The notes below the pieces were generated by a model that searched no databases, was not told where the DNA came from, and saw only the letters and a list, made by a program, of their open reading frames with translations. The translations under genes were made by a program, and so were the position numbers. Source: a virus (Duplodnaviria > Caudoviricetes). From it: a stretch of 37,372 bases of DNA. The stretch covers positions 1 to 37,372 of the IMG/VR virus record IMGVR_UViG_3300048574_000414. The stretch is one strand, 5' to 3'. Below, in pieces: positions 34,142 to 37,372 of the stretch; the first letter of the stretch is position 1, and the number at the start of each line of letters is the position of its first letter.

Positions 34142-34540
34142 CTATGGTTGATATTTTTGTACAATAGCGGAGGCTATCATTTTTTCCATGTTCACCATGG
34201 CGTCATGTGTTTTTTTGGCATCTGTATTTTGGCCGGGAACAATCAGTTCTGGATTATCAAAATATACAGCGCTCGGAATTCCGTAACGCTCAATAGCTGC
34301 TTTAATTTTTGCTACTAATGCTTCTTTTGCGCGTACATTTATATCCGGCTCAATACTGAGAGGTTCCCCGTATGCGTGGTTAAGGCGCGCAGTTACGGAA
34401 TAACCTTCAATCTCTGGAAATTTCTCAAGCATAACCTTTAAAACTTTTTCGTAGTCATCTCTGTAATTAAGGCTTCGCTCGCTTGTAGCGAAAAAATGCC
34501 TGCCGTTCTTGGCCACATTGATTTCATAATAATCATGCAT
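34142..34540 (-). CDS. Hypothetical protein carrying a transposase-core-like peptide
   Basis: AGGAGG RBS; AIERYGIPSAVYFDN near the C-terminus. Confidence 0.65.
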   Translation of the reverse strand: MHDYYEINVAKNGRHFFATSERSLNYRDDYEKVLKVMLEKFPEIEGYSVTARLNHAYGEPLSIEPDINVRAKEALVAKIKAAIERYGIPSAVYFDNPELIVPGQNTDAKKTHDAMVNMEKMIASAIVQKYQP

Positions 34541-34542
34541 AT

Positions 34543-34851
34543 CTAATTCCTCCTAAACTCAAAATATGGTTCTCTTCCGCCGGTTTCATGGTCCAGCGTC
34601 ATAATGGTCAAAGACAGTGCATCAACCGTCTGTCGCTCAACTGGGATAATTTCCAGCCTTTTCGGCGCAGCTTCCTCGCACCAGGCCCGGAAGGCTTCCT
34701 TGTATTCCTTGGTATAAACATATCCGGGTAGATCGCACCATTGCCGTCTGCAGTCCTCAAGCTTTTTTATACAGATCTCCACATATTCTTGCGGCGTGAT
34801 CGGATGCTCAACTTGGGCGCTTACCGGTGGCTTCTTTTGTGCCAATTCCAT
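34543..34851 (-). CDS. Hypothetical protein
   Basis: GGAGGT RBS directly 3' of HH3. Confidence 0.65.
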   Translation of the reverse strand: MELAQKKPPVSAQVEHPITPQEYVEICIKKLEDCRRQWCDLPGYVYTKEYKEAFRAWCEEAAPKRLEIIPVERQTVDALSLTIMTLDHETGGREPYFEFRRN

Positions 34852-34876
34852 TAAAAAACCTCCATTTTTTAATTTT

Positions 34877-34937
34877 CAGCCTGCCTCATCAGTGCCGGGC
34901 GGCTGGATCCGGCAGACCTCCTCGCGGCGGTTTCGGC
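34877..34937 (-). ncRNA. Type II hammerhead ribozyme HH3
   Basis: GCC-GAAA-CC(GCC-GCGA-GGA)GG-UC^-UGCCGG(AUCCAGCCGC)CCGGCA-CUGAUGA-GGC-AGGCUG; loop CAGCC pairs with tail GGCUG; cut at 34915/34914. Confidence 0.88.
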
Positions 34938-34950
34938 ATGGGGGAGGGTT

Positions 34951-35214
34951 TCAGTCATGTTTGTCTTTGGCTTTCTGCTGCCATTCCTTTTCCTTGATGT
35001 CACAGGCCAGGCCGTAATGGCATTCGCGTGTTGGATCTATCATGCAAAAATACTTGTCCTTGTTTTCCGCATAGGCCGCATGCTCGCAGGTATTGAAACG
35101 CAGGGCCATCTGTCCGGTCTCATAAAGCATCGTCTGGTATGCCGTAAGGTTCTTTTTTTCTATATACGCCTGGGTTATGACGCGCCGTTCCAGATCATCC
35201 TGGTCATTATTCAT
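34951..35214 (-). CDS. Hypothetical protein with a Cys cluster
   Basis: GGAAGG RBS; second gene of the early operon. Confidence 0.6.
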   Translation of the reverse strand: MNNDQDDLERRVITQAYIEKKNLTAYQTMLYETGQMALRFNTCEHAAYAENKDKYFCMIDPTRECHYGLACDIKEKEWQQKAKDKHD

Positions 35215-35242
35215 GCTGTTTAAATACCTTCCATAAACTCTT

Positions 35243-35458
35243 TTAATAACCGTTTTTGATTTTAGGTGTCTCGTCTATTAATTGAGTTATTGGTACCTTT
35301 AATGCAGCAGCTATTTTTTGAAGAACTCTTAACGTTGGAGATTTTTTTTCAGATTCGATGTCCTTCAAATAAGGTTGAGAAACCCCTGATTCTTTTGATA
35401 ATTTATAGATAGACATATTTTTGCTTTTTCTTATAGCTTCTAACTGCATTATTATCAC
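35243..35458 (-). CDS. Cro/Ner-like XRE HTH regulator
   Basis: LSKESGVSQPYLKDIESEKKSPTLRVLQKIA HTH; divergent from the repressor. Confidence 0.88.
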   Translation of the reverse strand: MIIMQLEAIRKSKNMSIYKLSKESGVSQPYLKDIESEKKSPTLRVLQKIAAALKVPITQLIDETPKIKNGY

Positions 35459-35493
35459 TCTTTTCGCACAAATGCATACCTTTAGTTTAGTAT

Positions 35494-35522
35494 ATAATAC
35501 AACTATAAATTTGTATTGTCAA
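35494..35522 (-). promoter_or_regulatory. Early lytic promoter (Pe)
   Basis: TTGACA-17 nt-TATTAT on the minus strand upstream of cro. Confidence 0.75.
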
Positions 35523-35545
35523 CAACTATAGATTAGTATTATAAT
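35516..35545 (+). promoter_or_regulatory. Repressor promoter (Pc)
   Basis: TTGTCA-18 nt-TATAAT; its -35 overlaps the Pe -35. Confidence 0.65.
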
Positions 35546-35590
35546 TTTTTTATACTTAGCTATAGTTAAGTATTAGAAGGGGTTGATAAT

Positions 35591-36352
35591 ATGGAAATCC
35601 ATGAGAATATTAAAAAAATTATGGATGAAGAGGGTATTACGGTATATAAGCTCGCTAAATTATCAGGGCTATCACAGACGGGCATAAAATACTTTATAAA
35701 TGGCGAGAAATCACCTACAGTCGAAACATTAGAAAAAATTTGTGATGCTTTAAAAATCAATTTAAAATCATTATTTAATGGCAATGGGGAACTTGATATT
35801 GACGAAAAACGCATAATAAGCCTATATAATACTGCAAATAATCAAGCGAAAGAAACGGCATTTTTCGCTTTAGAAAAAGGACAAGTAAAAAAATCAAAAC
35901 AAAAAAACACGATGGAAATATCTGAAAGTATTTTCCCATATAATGTTCAAAAAGGTTATCTTATTGTTCCTGTTGTGGGCCGATCGGCCGCCGGCATGCC
36001 AATTGAAATGATACAGGAATATGATGCTTCTATGGAAATATCGGATCCAAAAATACAGCCTGGCGATTTCGCTGTTATTGCCGATGGCGATAGTATGATA
36101 AAAGCGGGTATTCACCATGGCGATCGCGTTATTATACGTCCGCAGCCAACGGTTGAAAATGGGGAAATTGCACTTGTGGCCGTGGAAGACGGATCCACGA
36201 TTAAGCGTTTCTATATGAATGAAAACGGTTTTAAATTGTTGCCTGAAAATGATGCTCATGAAGTGCAATACTATCCAAAAGCAGCACCTGTAAGGGTTAT
36301 CGGAAAGTTTATTAAGGTGGCAGATTCTTATCGTGAACGTCATTTTAATTGA
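35591..36352 (+). CDS. CI/LexA-like repressor (XRE HTH + S24 peptidase)
   Basis: N-terminal HTH; VGRSAAGMP Ala-Gly cleavage site; GDSM (Ser) and TIKRF (Lys) catalytic dyad. Confidence 0.92.
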   Translation: MEIHENIKKIMDEEGITVYKLAKLSGLSQTGIKYFINGEKSPTVETLEKICDALKINLKSLFNGNGELDIDEKRIISLYNTANNQAKETAFFALEKGQVKKSKQKNTMEISESIFPYNVQKGYLIVPVVGRSAAGMPIEMIQEYDASMEISDPKIQPGDFAVIADGDSMIKAGIHHGDRVIIRPQPTVENGEIALVAVEDGSTIKRFYMNENGFKLLPENDAHEVQYYPKAAPVRVIGKFIKVADSYRERHFN

Positions 36353-36401
36353 TTTATTTAAACATATTAAAATGTTTTTTAAACAATCACTAAAAATAGG
36401 G

Positions 36402-36449
36402 TGCGGAATCGATTCCGCAGTGTCGGCTAAAAATTTCCGCAGTTCCGCA
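36402..36449. repeat. Cluster of TTCCGCA motifs including an 18-bp palindrome
   Basis: TGCGGAATCGATTCCGCA (36402-36419) plus TTCCGCA at 36435 and 36443. Confidence 0.7.
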
Positions 36450-36788
36450 CTGGGGTTCTTTAAAAGAGCAGACACCTTTGTAAATTTTTAAAAGGTGTTA
36501 ATATATAAAATGTAGCTTTGTTACATTAAAACGGTATTTTAAACATTTTAACGTTTCTAAAACGGTTTTTAATAGTATTTTTTAATGCACCGTGTTTTTG
36601 CTCATTCGGGGCGTTTTTCATGAAAATCGTTTGACAAGGTAATTTTGAATAAAAGAAAAAAGACCGATTTTTTTCACTTTCAAACCGCTCTTTTAACGCC
36701 ATTTTAAGGCTTTTTTAATACTTCGATCGCTTTTTCACGCTTTGTTGCAGTTGATTTTTTGTTTTTGTGTTCTGCATGTCACTTTACA

Positions 36789-37372
36789 GCAAGCAGTTGG
36801 CAGAACTTTTTACCAACCGTTATAAGCAGTTTCCGCGGCAAATTGATATTGAAGTTTTCATAAAATCTGTTGCATCATTTTTCTGCTATCATTCTTCCCT
36901 TCAACCTCAAACTATCGATGTGTTTGATTATGAGTGGCTGGTTAGCAAAGTTGCTGTTTCCAAATCACCTGTGGAATGTTTTACTTTGTTTAACGACGCG
37001 CTTTGTACAATACTGAATTTGTCAGCAAACGAATACTTGTCCTCAGATTGTTTTGTCGCGCAAATATGCGAATATTTCGAACGCAATTTTAAAAACCAGA
37101 TTAATATAGACAGTGTTGCAAAAGAACATTTTATTACTGCCGAGCACCTGATCAGGACCTTTAAAAAGCATACCGGCGAAACGCCTCTGCAGTATATTAT
37201 CAATAAACGCCTGGAGTCCGCTAAAACGCTTTTAAAAATCAAGCCTGCACTTGATGTTAAGCAAATAGCGGAAATGGTGGGTTATGAAAATCCGAATTAC
37301 TTCAGTCGGATTTTTAAATGCAATACTAATATGACGCCTTCAGAATACCGCCAAACACTTAAACCAGAATAG
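36789..37372 (+). pseudogene. 3' part of a host AraC-family regulator, probably interrupted by the prophage
   Basis: Intact C-terminal AraC double HTH (HLIRTFKKHTGETP...IAEMVGYENPNYFSRIFK...PSEYR), but the only starts (36767, 36776) lack an RBS and lie inside the inferred phage end. Confidence 0.7.

Larger units (their letters stand above)
1..36788 (-). mobile_element. Mu-like transposable prophage (siphovirus-type tail); one end at about 36788, the other end beyond position 1
   Basis: DDE transposase + AAA ATPase + Gam + GemA + Mor + gp27-like gene in Mu-like order, complete head and tail modules, no integrase. Ends in ...CACTTTACA (5'-TG on minus strand) next to a 5'-truncated host gene. 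Confidence 0.93.

Noticed and set aside
33952-34164. 70-aa minus-strand ORF in the track
   Set aside because: Runs across hammerhead HH2, overlaps both neighbours, and has no RBS.
28463-34937. Intergenic direct repeats as a CRISPR array or simple terminators
   Set aside because: Spacing is hundreds of nt with whole genes between, there are no cas genes or U-tracts, and the sequences match hammerhead and twister catalytic cores.
36767-36788. Start of an intact 201-aa AraC protein
   Set aside because: No RBS, and it lies within the inferred phage terminus, so it is probably a chance in-frame fusion.
1-37372. tRNA/rRNA genes, integrase/att sites, contractile tail sheath, holin
   Set aside because: None recognised by eye. 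A holin may lie beyond position 1, and the TM protein at 23465-23764 is not convincing as one.

Overview
Nearly the whole window (1 to about 36788) is a Mu-like transposable prophage with a siphovirus-type tail, most likely in a Clostridia-type Firmicute. It lies on the minus strand except for the repressor and one moron. Order from the right: probable phage end (TGTAAAG..., 36788) interrupting a host AraC-family gene; cI/cro switch; early operon (MuA-like transposase, MuB-like ATPase, Gam, GemA, Mor, accessory ORFs); Mor-type late promoter; gp27-like terminase small subunit; NusG-paralog antiterminator; TerL; portal; minor head protein with a toxin-like C-terminal extension plus a small partner gene; scaffold; capsid; DNA methyltransferase; head-tail genes; tail (with -1 frameshift chaperone), tape measure, baseplate and fibre genes; endolysin. 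The other phage end is outside the window. The main signal is five self-cleaving ribozymes in the sense strand of the early operon: three type II hammerheads and two identical twisters. Each sits just upstream of a ribosome-binding site and together they delimit gene cassettes. One hammerhead pseudoknot pairs with the transposase Shine-Dalgarno sequence. All calls come from reading motifs by eye; no searches were run.
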